A stretch of 64,000 nucleotides of DNA from Octopus vulgaris (Eukaryota): NCBI GenBank assembly GCA_951406725.2, contig OX597818.1, forward strand, positions 47,740,001 to 47,804,000, in the 5' to 3' direction. The notes below the pieces were generated by a model. That model was not told where the DNA came from and did not search any database. It worked only from the letters and a program-made list of their open reading frames with translations. Made by a program: the position numbers and the translations under genes. Numbering within the stretch: the stretch's first letter is position 1; each line of letters begins with the position of its first letter. Below are positions 25,063 to 38,652 of this stretch, in pieces.

Positions 25063-26110
25063 ACATCCTTAATAACCCTTTCTACTATAGGCGCATCGGT
25101 TGAAATTTTGGAATAAGGGTTAGTCGATTACTTGACGTTAGTGCTTAACCGATACTTGTTTCATCGGCTCCGAAAGGATGAAAGGCAAAAAAATCGACCT
25201 CATTGGAATACGAACTCAGAACGTAAAGCCTGGAGGAATGCCTCGAAGCTACACACATAGTTATACGCACACCTATATGTAGATACACGCGGATATACAC
25301 ACATATTTATTCAAACCCTACACTACCCTCCCGAAAAGAAAGCAATATTTAACGTCACTCACAAGCAAGTATGATCAGGTAGCAAGTACCTTGCTTTTGC
25401 AAATGGCATTAATGACCTATATAGCCACGAGCAGAGATAAATGCCCTCTCGTCTCCCTTACAACTTAACCCTAAAGAAAATCGAAGGAATGACTGCTGGA
25501 GGGGGTGGTGAAGACTGCACCAGTACTAAGCTGAGACTCATTCTTAACTGAGCAGACAAAAGCAACTTGAAATCAAGTTCCATACATACATACATACATA
25601 CATACATACATACATACATACATACATACATACATACATACATACATACATACATACATACATACATACATAATACACACACACATACATACATACACAC
25701 AATTATTTGTAAAGGTAAGATCCAAGGATCCAGGTGTAGGAAGCTAGTAAGTTTCAAGCAGTTCGTAGACAGTATAAAAAACAACTTTTAAGAACAATAG
25801 TGGTTTATTGACGTAGAAGGTGTCTTTCGACTAAGGACGAATTAAATTAAGTTGGCGTGTGTGGAAGTAAATAAAGCCTTGCGGCAGGGATACAAGATTT
25901 CAGAGGGACAGGAAAGAATATAGATGTTGCACAGACAGCGACCGAACCATGAAAGAAAGGTCAGGCTTGGCCGAACACCGGTCACGTGAGGAGAGAAGAG
26001 AGAGAGGTAGAGGCAGAGGGACATAAGAAATAAGGAGGACCGAGAAAAAATGACAGGGACACAGTGAATTTTTCTCATCGAAGTTCGATCAGCTGACAAA
26101 AAGTTATTTT

Positions 26111-26342
26111 ATAGTTCGCGGTTAGCAACTGGGGTTGCTGTGTATGTGAATAAAAATTAAAATTTAATGGATGGAGTTGATAAAATTCAGGCTAAACATG
26201 TTTCCTAGGAAGCAGAATCTTGGATGTAAAATTACTTTCCACATTCTGCTAACTAGGAAGTATATGTAGCATGGATTTTACCTACCTTAAATTTGGATTT
26301 TTATTCGCATACTTAGCAACCCCAGTTGCTAACCGTGAGCTA
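26111..26342. repeat. Inverted repeat with ~55-bp arms
   Basis: tagttcgcggttagcaactggggttgct / agcaaccccagttgctaaccgtgagcta. Confidence 0.75.
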
Positions 26343-26370
26343 CAACACACACACACAAACATGTATGCAC

Positions 26371-26423
<53 letters not shown>

Positions 26424-26792
26424 TGCATGTATATATATATAAGTTAAAGTAGTGATGGTAGGCAAACAATATAGGACAAGGATGTATTTGAACAATCAGA
26501 ACGCGCACCTGACGAAAACTCCTCCTCTCCCTCGCCTCTCTCCCCCTCTCATTCCTATCCCCTCTCTGTATATATATATATGTACGTATATATAAATAGA
26601 TGGATGAATTATCCTTTGTTTACCGTTAACATGGAAAATTCAATAAACAGTTACCAGGGTAACAAAATTCACGCAAGTAACAAGGATGTAGCGACCTATT
26701 CGAAGGTTAAAAACTCCGGGTTAATGTGCAGTAATTTGTATAGTATAAGTAAATAAATGGTGTTGAACGCAGGTGTTATTCAAATTCTTTTA

Positions 26793-27515
26793 CTTTTGAC
26801 ATATGTTTCGAAGACAACATTGATTTTATTCCAAAGGAATAAACGGTGTAAAATAATGTAATCTTCTCATCAGGAGAGAAAGAGAACCTATCTCAACAAC
26901 AAGACATTATAACAATTTTGCTGACTGTATAAATGATAAACAGAACGCTATTAAGTATTAAAAAAAACCGTTAGTAGATCCGACGTCAAAGGCAGACCAT
27001 AGGAAGAGAAGGGGGTAAAGAAATAATAAGTAGAGAGCAAATAAAGAGGGATATATTGATTGAAAAAATGTTCAAAGGCTTGGAAGTAGATTTCTCTATT
27101 GAAGTAAAGTGTAAGGTGAACTAAATGTTCAAACTATACAGACTGGTAAAAATCACTTATATGAGCTAAAGGTATGTTTCTGCCAGTGCTTACATTTGTA
27201 AGATCGCTCTATAAGTGTGTTAACAAGATGATTCTTAGAGAAGAGAATATGGAAGAGTTCAGAGTTGCAAATGTTACAAAATCCTTTGCCCTTGTCATAA
27301 GGGAAAGAGATGGATAGGATGAACCAATCTATCTTAAAATCCTTATTGTTGTCTTTAAGATACCAAACCAATTTACTTAGCCTTGTGCTATAACGTTTAC
27401 TGCTATCCCTAAATGAAGAATAATGATTGGAAATTCTCTTAGATAACTGGGGAGACGCGCCAATGTAGAGGTAGACATCGGTACCGCAAGAAATTTTACA
27501 TTGGTATATAGAATT
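26793..27515 (-). mobile_element. PLE 3' end: GIY-YIG endonuclease followed by an HHR
   Basis: Reverse complement IYQCKISCGTDVYLYIGAS...RISNHYSSF...TRLSKLVWYLK...CNICNSE...KCKH; HHR CTGATGA gaaga..tcttc GAAAC ATAT GTC at 26793-26880. Confidence 0.8.
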
Positions 27516-27870
27516 CTTAATCTTAGAATTATTAGATTATCTTTGCAATCTTGGAGGTTGCTCCAATCTGGCCAGCCCCAAGGAGAAACTAAGCAAAGAG
27601 CATTAGATTCCTAGGAAGAAAGCAGCGAATGTATACGAAAACAAAGGCGGAAAAAATGGAGAAATGTTACACAAAAACAAATAACAGAACATAACAACAG
27701 GTGTCTTTTGACTAAGGACGAATTAAGTTAAGCTGGCGTGTGTGGAAGTAAAGCCTTACGGCAGGAATACAAGATTTCACAGGCACAGGGAAGAATATAG
27801 ATGTTGCACAGACAGCGGCCGAACCAAGAAAGAAAGATCAGGCTTGGTTGAACACCAGTCACGTGGGGAG

Positions 27871-27931
<61 letters not shown>

Positions 27932-28242
27932 CTAGAGGCAGAGGGACAGAAGAAATAAGGAGGGGCGAGAAAAATGACAGGGACACAGTGAAGTGAAAAG
28001 AGGAGGAAAGTGAGCATGAAGAGAAGGCAATGAAAAGTGAGAGAGAAGGAACGAAAGAATGAAGAGTGGAATGAATGAAGTAAGCATGAAGGGGCTGATA
28101 CAAAGAAGGAAAGAATAAAAGAATAAAAGAATAGAGTCGCACAAGATTTAGATAAATATATACTTACATGTAAGAGACCAAAGTGTACGTACGCCGCTAC
28201 ACACACACACACATATTAATACAAAATGGGACAAGAACGCAG

Positions 28243-28396
28243 TGTGGGTGTGTGGTAAGAAGCTTGTTTCCCAACCACATGGTTCTGGGTTCAATCCCAC
28301 TGCGTGGCACTTTGGGCAAGTGCCTTGTACCATAGCTTCGGGCCGGGCAAAGCCTTGTGAGTAGATTTGGTAAACGGAAACTGAAAGAAGCTTGTC

Positions 28397-28455
<59 letters not shown>

Positions 28456-28833
28456 CAATAAAGATTCAAGTTAATTTAAATGAATTTACTTGAATATGGT
28501 ACCTAACTTAGATGCACCAAAAAAACTATACTGTTTTAACAATACAATAATGTGGGGTGATTATAAGCGAGAAAGAAGCAACAAGAATGGATAGGTTTTT
28601 AGTACAATCGTTTCATACAAGGACAGGCTTTATTAAAAGTTGCAAAAATTACAGCATATAAACGTGTCCTGTACTCATCAGCTAAAATACATGTGAGTTC
28701 TCTAGACATCCTATTGTATTTTAGCTGAGTACAGACACGTTTATATGCTGTAATTTTGCAACTTTTAATAAAGCCTGTCCTTGTATGAAACGATTGTACT
28801 AAAAACCTATCCATTCTTGTTGCTTCTTTCTCG

Positions 28834-28893
<60 letters not shown>

Positions 28894-29118
28894 CTATGTT
28901 TGTACGTCTGTATTTGTACCCCCACCATCGCGTGGCAACCGATGTTGGCGTGTTTACGTCTCCGTAACATAGCGGTTCGGCAGAAGAGATCGACAAAAAT
29001 AAGTACTAGGCTTACAAAGAATATGTCCAGGAGTTGATTTGTTCGACTAAAAGGCGGGGCTCCAGCATGACCACACTCAAATGACTGAAGCAAGTAAAAG
29101 AATAAAAGAATAAAAGAA
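28243..29118 (+). mobile_element. SINE family A split by an insertion in its internal (TA)n
   Basis: 5' half at 28243-28397 and 3' half at ~28890-29118. Confidence 0.75.
28567..28834. mobile_element. Near-perfect fold-back with an intact HHR in the left arm (minus strand)
   Basis: Arms 28567-28691 and 28715-28834. Reverse complement ttttag CTGATGA gtac aggac..gtcc ttgtat GAAAC GATT GTA ctaaaa. Confidence 0.8.
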
Positions 29119-29620
29119 TGTAGCGAATTCACCATCTTCACAGATGATTGCCGTCTCCTTGTGCTTCCTCGTTATCAATGGCATTTCTGACTTTCCGCCC
29201 ATGACCTACCAGTTAGTAGGTGACGATTCAGTCCCGCTGCAGATCTGTATGACTTGAAGCGTAGATGACAGACAAAAGTTATAGCTTACCGTGTGATTTC
29301 AACTGGTTAGATCAGTACGCTTCGCCAATCTTCAACAGTTAGGGGTTCCTTACTCCCAGTGAATTTACTGCGCGCTTGAAACCAACCAAGGGTAGTTCTG
29401 TGTCCCCGCGCTCACACAGAATGTCATCACATGCTACTTAACCCAAAGCTGGGACCCTGGCTGGTGGTACTACACCGGGTTAGAGTAGAGCACGCACACG
29501 CACACAAGAGTAGCGAGGGATCGGTAAGGGCAGCACTTTTAAAGGGGAAGCACTTTTGGGCCTGTTGTAGACATTATGTGTCTTTTGTTGTGTCCGCGAG
29601 CGGTACACACTCTCGCTACG
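29119..29620. mobile_element. Possible solo LTR
   Basis: Begins TGTAGCGA and ends TCGCTAC(G); GC-richer 500 bp; no TSD seen. Confidence 0.35.
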
Positions 29621-29625
29621 CTAGC

Positions 29626-29691
<66 letters not shown>

Positions 29692-29695
<4 letters not shown>

Positions 29696-30422
29696 CATAA
29701 ATGAGGGCAAAGGAAAAAAATTATAATGCCAAATATACCGAAAAATTGGACATATTGTCCATTAACCATATAATTTTTTCACAATACGCACGCTACTCGA
29801 AAAAGGCTGACAGAAATTTCTAAAAAATTCCATTATTACCATATCGGACCGATTCAGAGTTAGCTACTAAGAGCCCTCTCTTCGTCAGTGATACATATGG
29901 TAAAGAAATAAATGAGATACTTACTCGCACCCATGGAAGAAGCAAATACTAAGTCATGGGCACAACTAAGTACCCCAAATACATCCAAAATAGAAATACT
30001 CCAGCCCATTCGAGGCACGTGCGATTTGTACTGAGGCTCTCACAGAGTGAGTTAGTTAGTTATATAAATTTATATCAAATGTGAGGATAAAATTCTTTTC
30101 GAAAAAAAATATTTTCTCGAAAAATTTTATCAATGGGCTCTTAGGGCTCTTAGTAGCTAACTCTGAAATCGGTCCGATATGGTAATACTGGAATTTTTAG
30201 AAATTTCTGTCAGCCTTTTTCGAGTAGCGTGCGTATTGTGAAAAATTATATGGTTAATGGACAATATGTCCAATTTTTCGGCATATTTGGCATTAGAATT
30301 TTTTCCTTTGCCTCATTTATGAATTGTTTATAAATTTAACCGTTAAAGGTATTTTTAATATGCTGGCCATTGATAAAATTTTTTTCGAGAAAATATTTTT
30401 TTCGAAAAATTTTATCCTCACA

Positions 30423-30428
<6 letters not shown>
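29692..30428. mobile_element. Fold-back PLE-like element with HHR remnants
   Basis: 29692-29877 is inverted against 30143-30326; CTGACGA core at 29882-29888 (-); flanked by (TA)n. Confidence 0.7.
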
Positions 30429-30457
<29 letters not shown>

Positions 30458-30699
30458 CATAGGGAGAGTTTACGAAAAAAACAAAAGACGAAGATAGGTG
30501 GTGTACAAAACAAACATGTATTAGTTTGACGCTCAGGAATAGAAAAAGTCTTTTACGTTTCACGTTTCGAGCCACCGCTCTTCTACAGAAAGGGACACAG
30601 AAAAAGCAAGGAGAGAAACAAGGAGAGAAACAAGGAGAGAAAAAATGTGTGTCGTGGCTAACGACCTATAGATATATATATATATATAAGTTCAGGATT

Positions 30700-30885
30700 C
30701 AAGTAAATTAGTTCAATACAATAAATTGTAAAGCACCAAGGTTGGGTCAATGAAATCGCTATCGTGTACAAAACAAAATTAGAGGAACATATGCGTACAT
30801 AACGAAATAAAGACGGATTTATATTCCAGTTGCATGTACGATCATAAACGTCCGACTGAATATACCACGAATCTGAAGGCTGCAC
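30700..30885 (-). mobile_element. Degenerate PLE RT thumb fragment
   Basis: QPSDSWYI...INPSLFRYVRICSS resembles KPTD..YL...IPYS...R.RRICS. Confidence 0.45.
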
Positions 30886-30887
30886 CT

Positions 30888-31043
30888 TTCTTTTATTCTT
30901 TTATTCTTTTACTTGTTTCAGTCATTTGACTGCGGCCATGCTGGAGCACCGCCGTTAATCGAGAAACTCGACCCCGGGACTTATTCTTTTGTAAGCCCAG
31001 TACTTATTCTATCGGTCTCTTTTGCCGAACCGCTAAGTAAGGG
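30888..31043 (-). mobile_element. SINE family A, 3' half
   Basis: Reverse complement of the tail region. Confidence 0.85.
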
Positions 31044-31049
31044 GAATAA

Positions 31050-31377
31050 TAAACAAACAACAACGGATGGATAGTAGTTCACTCACTACAGCTGTTTCAA
31101 ACGTGCTTTTTTTTTCTATTGATGAATAGAATTATTACATTATGCGAAAAAAGAACCGTTTTCATTAGGTGAATATATGCACAAATTAAACATTAAAAAC
31201 AAAAACATTCCACGAATTCAAGTAAGTACCATTTCATGATTCCCTGGAAAACTTCGGCCAGGGAATGAGTAAACAACAACGGATGGATAGTGGTTCATTC
31301 ACTACAGCTGTTTCTTTTTTTCTATTCTGGATATTACATTATGCGAAAAAAGAACCGTTTTCATTAGGTGAATATAT
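31050..31377 (-). repeat. Direct repeat pair carrying HHR motifs (pLTR-like)
   Basis: Reverse complement attcac CTAATGA aaacg..cgttt GAAAC AGCT GTA gtgagt at 31081-31174; second copy at 31297-31373. Confidence 0.6.
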
Positions 31378-31559
31378 CAAATTCTTTCGCATTCATATAT
31401 TAACAGTTTAGATCTTAATCATAAAAAGATATGAAACCATTATTTTATGCTAATTTAGTTAATTGTAAGATAGAAATTTTAATGTAATAAAATGTTTTAA
31501 TATTTCGTTTTTGGATTTGGTTTGCAAGATTCTTTATATGAGTTCGTGTGTTGAAGCAT

Positions 31560-31862
31560 ATTCCGTTGTGTCTGGGGAGAGTCATTTTCTTTTTGTGCCT
31601 TATAATGTAACACACTCACCGGTAAAATTTCCACTTATTTCCTATTTTTATTTTCCTAAAATTTTCGTTGCGTCTTGCAACCTTTTCAATAGTCTTGACC
31701 CTCTCCGTTATTTACACTGCGAGTCAAGACTATTGAAAAAGTTGCAGGACACAACGAAAATTTTAGGAAAATAAAAATAAGAAAAAAGTGGAAATTTTAC
31801 CGGTGAGTGTGTTACATTATAAAGCACAAAAAGAAAATGACTCTCCTCAGACACAACAGAAA
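31560..31862. repeat. Fold-back with ~138-bp arms and a 23-nt spacer
   Basis: 31561-31699 versus 31723-31862; a partial copy lies at 43062-43121. Confidence 0.85.
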
Positions 31863-31994
31863 ATGTTTTAAAAGAACTTTAAAGTGCCTATGTGATAGCC
31901 GTAAACCTACTTTTGGGCCACTCTGTATATACAAATATGCATACATACGTGCATCCATATATACATACGCACATATATCGACAGTATGGCAGAA

Positions 31995-32790
31995 ACCATA
32001 ACGATTCATAATATGAAAGAGTTGTGGTGGGATGATCCATTGAAAACTTCAAATAAATGCATATATAATAGGCCAGATATGGGATCTTTTCGGTTTGAAC
32101 GGCAGTTTTTTCTAGCGGTGTCATATGAAATTGTCACCCATAATTATGACCCTAGTATCGATCTATTGCATTTCAATCTCTTTTAGGGTTAGGGTTAGGG
32201 GTGGGGGGAAGGGTATTTTTTTTCTTCACAAATGTAAATAAACCCAATCTGTTTCTTAAACGAGGGACATATTCATACGGCACAGAATGCTTTTTACCTC
32301 AATGGACAGCATTGATTGGTTGAAATTGCAGAAATTGAAGAAAAAAAAAAAACAAAACAAATATCTTACAAACTATTGAATTTTCTCAATAAAGCCAAGA
32401 GAAAAAGATGTTTTATAAACACATTCTACCAGTATACGAAGTTTAAAAGTGTTTAGTTACCTAGAAAAGATCCCAGATATGCAGAATGGCAGAAATCTGC
32501 CCTCTGGATGTCAACATAAAGCTGAATATCAGCGAAAAAGAAAACACACTGATCTATTGAGAAATTCACAGCTACTCTACCCGGATGACAAGTTCAGATT
32601 TATACTTATAATTATTGGGGCGCAAGGATATGTAACAAGCTGCCTCGCCACTAATTTTGAGAAATTAGGATTCTGCAAACCAGAAAGGAGAGAGCTAATT
32701 AGAGAATTAAAGATACAAGCCCTCATGGAAACGGTCAAAATATGCAAAACTTGCCAAAAGTTGGACATCGAAGTACATATACACATATCT
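31995..32790 (+). mobile_element. RLE-type LINE 3' end interrupted by a MITE
   Basis: ELWWD..LKT..KC..NRPD before the MITE; LLRN.QLLYPD.KFRF..IIIGA.GYV after it. Confidence 0.7.
32081..32474. mobile_element. Second copy of the TTAGGG-bearing MITE, reversed, with 6-bp TSD AGATAT
   Basis: agatat|gggatcttttcgg...ctagaaaagatccc|agatat; one TIR is shortened by a deletion. Confidence 0.85.
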
Positions 32791-33191
32791 AATCATGCAC
32801 CTGTATGTAAGAGTATATAAAACAAAATATACAAATTTGTACATGCAAGCATACATATATACATGCATATATATGTGTATACATATATTTGATATTAATC
32901 AAATTAATATTCAATTTTCCCCCCTTATTATTTAAATTTAAATAACCACGTCCTCTTCACTAACTGGCAAAATTCACTGCAGAGAATTATTTTCTGCAGA
33001 ATTATTTACGGTATTTTGGCGAATATTTGAGATTACATATTAAAAGAAAATATTCTCACGGCTGTTTCAGGGGATCAGTCCGCCGGGTAAAAAAGGAATT
33101 TTAAAATTCGTTTTCAGAGAACGTCTCCTCCATTAAAGAAAAAGTAATGTTTACAGTAGAAATTTTATTTTCTGTAAATTTAAACTATATG

Positions 33192-33242
<51 letters not shown>

Positions 33243-33246
<4 letters not shown>

Positions 33247-33980
33247 TCTTCCGGTCATTTCATCAAGTTAAGCCATTAATCCCACACATCTTTCTTCTTC
33301 TCCGCTTTTTCTTTCTTTCTCCACTTTTTTCCATCTCATTTTTTCCTTCACATCCCTTTCTATCGAAGAACGTAGGCTTGAAACGTCAAGGCCTTTGCCA
33401 TTCTTTCCGGGCATCAAACAAATATAGATGCTTGTTGTTCCTTCACCTGTCTTCGAATTTTATCTTCTGTAAATTTAAACTATATGTATACACACACACA
33501 CACACACACACACGTTAGTTAATGTCAGACGAATGAGTAAAGCGTGCTCAGTAGATGCTGTCGAGGATATAGTTTCTTTTATTAAAACGGAATCTGTGTC
33601 TTTCTCTTGCGACTCGAGTTTTACGCCAGTTGCGAGACAAACTTTTGACTGATGTTTTTTGTCGATCTCTCTCCAACGGTAAGCGCGAAAAATGGCTAAG
33701 CAGTTTACTTTCGTCTAGCTGTGATGGTGTTTTGCAGTTTACATAAGACAGCTCTTCTTATGATTTTATCGATTGTGATTTGGTCACGTTAGGTGACCTG
33801 CAGGATATTTCTAAGGCGCCGGCGATGGAAAACATTCACCATATTGCAAATCCTGTCCGTCTGCATCCATGTTTGACTTGCATACGATCCCGTAGATGAA
33901 GATCATAGACGCGTATAGACGAAGTTTAATCCCTTGCCGAATTGAAGAACATAGCTATATTGGTCTGAAATATTGGAAGG
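33243..33980 (+). repeat. ~740-bp dispersed repeat, copy 1, with a variant HHR at 33355-33391
   Basis: Colinear with 47470-48202; contains CTATCGA agaac gtag gctt GAAACGTC aagg. Confidence 0.8.
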
Positions 33981-34189
33981 TAGCATTTCGAAATACTCGA
34001 AATGATGAGTAAATAGACAGCCGACAACTGATGAAGGTTCCTTCTCTATGTTACTTGTCCTACCTTCCTTTCTTTCTCTCGTTGTTTGCGTATTTAACCC
34101 GTTTGTTTTCGTACTTCATGTTGTTTACTCAGTCGGTGACGTCCTGTACTCACATATGCATATGTATATATGTATGTACATAAGTGTAT

Positions 34190-34880
34190 ATAAAATCTCC
34201 TAGAAGGTAGATGTTTTCATTGGTTGGTATGTTTCTAATGACACAGTTCAGATCTTTGTAGAACTGGTCCTTGGTCTCTTCTGAGCTGTAGAGAGTGGGA
34301 GCATAGATGCTCAGTAGATGTACTGGGCCAGAAGAGCTTAAGAAGCGCTGAGAGAGGATATGCTCAGTGCCTCCTGATGGTGGTTCTATTGAGGAGAGTA
34401 ATGAGTTTCTTACTGCAAAGCCAACACCATGCTGACGAGGTTTCTCTGGACGTCTTCCCTGCCAAAAGAAGGTGAAGTCCTGTTCTTTGAGTTTGCCGTC
34501 TGAGGGGAGTCTTGTCTCCTGTAGTCCAGCAATGTCTATGTTAATCCTCTTTAGTTCGCGGTCAATGATGGCTTTCTTTCTTGTGTCTTCAGCTCTGAGT
34601 AGGTCATCAGATATGCCAGGGCACATGGTTCTGACGTTCCATCTTGTTTATCGCAGGACTGGAGGTTTCTTGTATTTTGATTGTTTGTCTTGTGCAGAAG
34701 TTGCAGGCCGCTTTTCAAGTGGGTAGCGATTTTCATCACTACTTCAGGGAGTGATGACCCTGCCTGACACGAGTCCTGCCTGACACGATTCCTGCCTGAC
34801 ACGAGTCCTGAGCTCAGCTGGCTCCAGCGGACAGTACCCAGTATGGGCCCCTATCTAGGGTTACGGAAAGGAGACAACAT
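34190..34880 (-). mobile_element. 5' part of an RTE LINE (APE endonuclease)
   Basis: WNVRTM...IDRELKRINIDIAGLQETR...FFWQG...HGVGFAV...SIYAPT...LLGDF. Confidence 0.9.
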
Positions 34881-34881
34881 A

Positions 34882-34958
<77 letters not shown>

Positions 34959-35372
34959 CATACATATATACATGTATATGTGTGTGTGTGTATATATATA
35001 TACATACAAATTCAGTGTGTTGAGTTCCATTACGTAATGAAAAAATGCATGCTGAATAAACATACGACATAACGCATACAGAGTGTAAATACTCAGTTTC
35101 GCATTAAAGGTGCGAAACTGAGTATTGACAATTGGTTGATAACTGATGAAGAATATGGGACCTTCTGTGTTTGTCTCCCGTCTGTTTTCACACTCAGAAT
35201 ACATAATGTCGTACGTTTATTTACCATGCATTTTTTCATTTATTACACACACACACACACATATATATATATACACATATACACATATACATACCATATT
35301 TGATAATATATATCATATAATTCATGTATATATATATATATATATACACATGTGGTATTAAAAATATATATG

Positions 35373-35423
<51 letters not shown>

Positions 35424-36296
35424 TATATACACACACATATACGTACATATATATATATACATATATACACATACATTATATAATATATATTTTATAATAC
35501 GTCTATATATGTACACATACACGGTATTATATGTACATACGTGTGAGTGTGTGTATACTTATATGTATACACACACTTATAAACACGCACTGCCATACAT
35601 TTATATATACATATGACAGATTGGGCGTCAATTTTGACGATGACCTAGCATCTGACAAAAAAAATAAATGAATATTATTTTAGCAAGTTTAGAGGGATTT
35701 CTGTTGTCCCGTAAACCCTCTACCATTTCTGTGCCCCCCCCCCACTTCCCTTGATGCCCCAAGCAGTGCTGAGTGTGATCCAATGACTATTTTAAATCAG
35801 CTAATCCTTTTTTCTTTCTTCAATTCTTTGAAATATAAAATCTTCTCATCGACAATTTCTGCCAAAATAGGTGGTTTCATCAGCATTAAATATTTGTTTT
35901 AAAGAAACTAGAACCCTCGATTGTTTTAGCTAAATGCGGTACAAATTCTTGTGCAGTTTTCTTATTGCAGGTTATTTTGCAGGTCACTCACTACATTGTT
36001 GCTTTATGCTGCCTCAGTGATAGAACAAAAGCTCTCTGTGAATACAAGTTCAACAAGTGCAGAGGGAGACCAGCAGTCTTCTCTTTTGTATTGTTCCGAC
36101 AGTATTGCGTTTTATGAAATTTATTGTAAAAAAACAATCAACATTCAATGAAAAAAGTTGAATGCAAATAAATTATTTGAAAGAAAACAGAATGTGATAC
36201 CAGAATTTCGCCAACGACAGCTTGTCTCCCTACTTGACAAGATTTTGCTAAGCATAAACATTCTGCATTTCTGCGTAATCGTTTTCACATACATAT

Positions 36297-36690
36297 ATGG
36301 TGGCTGCCCCCTCGTTATCGAGTATGGCCATTGCACGAAGCTTAATCAATGTTGTTATCGTGCAATTCCTGTGCAAGAAGACTTTTTTTAAAGTGAGGAA
36401 AGGCTGTGCACTGAGTCAATCCCACTCACAAAGCAACAGCAGCCATAATCCGAAAAGAAGAACAACTCAACATCAGCAGGTTTTATGTCAGAGTTATCCC
36501 AGTTACCTGAGTTACCTTCTCCCAGAAGGATGCCTTAACAAAGGCTAGGAGTCCTTCTCTCCCAATGGTTTAACCACGCGATCGGGTATTCAGTCCGAAT
36601 ATTTCTATGTCCCCGCGCATGATACAGCCTTAAGACATTTATTGGATGGCCGTTGACTCTGAAGAGTTCCTCAGCCCTTTGACGGGTTCA
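36297..36690 (-). mobile_element. Deleted RTE-type element related to 44623-45250
   Basis: Shares ggctgccccctcgttatcgagtatggccattgcacgaagctta and ttggatggccgttgac. Confidence 0.6.
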
Positions 36691-36937
36691 TAGATACTCG
36701 TGAATTTATACTACGGAATAACGTTGCTGAAGATAGCAATAGGTATAATTTTTTTTTTACTTGAAACTGGATCTTGTACGCGTTTAACCAAAAGTTTAAT
36801 TCATTGTCTTTCTTTTGCTCGACTACAGCCCATATTTTACTTTTTGGAGTTTTTAAGGTGGTATTAGCGTCTTTTGGCGTCTTTTTCTAGCGCGCGGAGA
36901 AGCTTTTAGCCAATCTCTTATAATTATGTATATAATT

Positions 36938-37073
<136 letters not shown>

Positions 37074-37126
37074 CATATATATGTTTATATGTGTATATAT
37101 ATATATACTACATATATCTATATCTA

Positions 37127-37245
<119 letters not shown>

Positions 37246-38563
37246 ATATGAAGCTTGTCTCCCAATCACATATTTCTGGTTTCAGTCCCACTGTGTGGCA
37301 CATTGGGCAAGTGTCTTCTGTTATAGCCTCGAGCCGACCAAAGCCTTGTAAGTGAATTTGGTAGACGGAAACTGATAAATTGGTCAAGTTACAAGCAAGT
37401 TAACCTTGCACTTTCATCAGCCGTTAGCTAAAAGTCAGGTCAATTTCAGCGCATTAATCAACATAATTGTACACTTGCTTCAACGCGTTCGAGTTTGGTG
37501 TCAAGTTTGGACGACAACATGTATGCACAATTTCACGGAAAATTAGCTTAACAAATAGAACACGGGACGAAGTTCTAAAGGCTATTAAACCGTGAGGTTT
37601 TCCGACGAAAGTCTCTAAGATTAACAACACACTAAATACGGTCGTGTGAAGTCTAATCCAAAGAGGAAATGAATGGATAGTTAAGACGTTGGCCCTTGAG
37701 CAATGAGTCAGAAAGGACGAAGAGGGAAGTGATAAGGAAGGAAGAAATAAGCTAAGCAGTAAAAATGGAATAAAAAGGAACACAAATGCATTGCGAAAAG
37801 GTTAGAACTGAACAGAAAAGAAGGTGATAACAGACAACAATGAGAAGGAAAGATGGGATGCAACGAGAAACGGAGACAGAGATGGAAATAGGGATAGTGA
37901 TAGAGAAGGAAAGAAAGAAGACCAACAGTGGAAAGAAGGTGTCTCGCTGAGAAATTGCCATAAACGTAGATAAAAATTCTTGGGTAGCGTTGTCATTGAA
38001 TAGAAGAAAAATTGGACCTAGTTAAAAGGATTAACGAAATATGCATTTTTAAAAGGAAGTAAAAAATTTGGTAATCGGGTATAATAGTGTAGTTTTCCAG
38101 ACTTATTGCTATGAAGGTATGATATCGTAGAGAAAAAAAATGGAGGAAAAATTTACAGAGGTTTAAAAACAGAAAAAAAAAAACTGTGTACTTGTAGCCA
38201 ATAGCAAGACAGACATTTTCCGCGTTTAGCGGAGCGGTGTCAACTTCAAGGTTGTATGTACTCTGTGAAATTTATAGATTAACGTCTGCGAAATGACCTG
38301 TTCATTGTAGGCTTCTAAATAAACAGAAATACCTAATAAAATCAACATGTATCATCTTACTGTTTCTTTTGTTATTTCAGCGATTGTATGTTTTTATAAT
38401 TTTTCAAAAATTTGTTACATTAATATATTTGTCTGCGTGTGTTTATTTTATGTGTAATTCAGTATTATGTATACCTGTCATGTATTTGTGTACGTCATTA
38501 ATATATATGTGCATGTGCGTGTGTGTGTGTGTGTGTGTGTGCCTATGTGTGTGTGTATGTGTG

Positions 38564-38652
<89 letters not shown>

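Larger units (their letters stand above)
25818..27992. repeat. ~250-bp direct repeat pair (25818-26068 and 27698-27992)
   Basis: aggtgtcttt.gactaaggacgaattaa...gggacacagtgaa in both copies, bracketing PLE fragments. Confidence 0.75.

Noticed and set aside
34028-35150. HHRs at isolated CTGATGA/CTGAAGA motifs (1059, 34028, 35143, ~45925, 59761)
   Set aside because: No convincing stem II plus GAAA plus NUH arrangement could be drawn.
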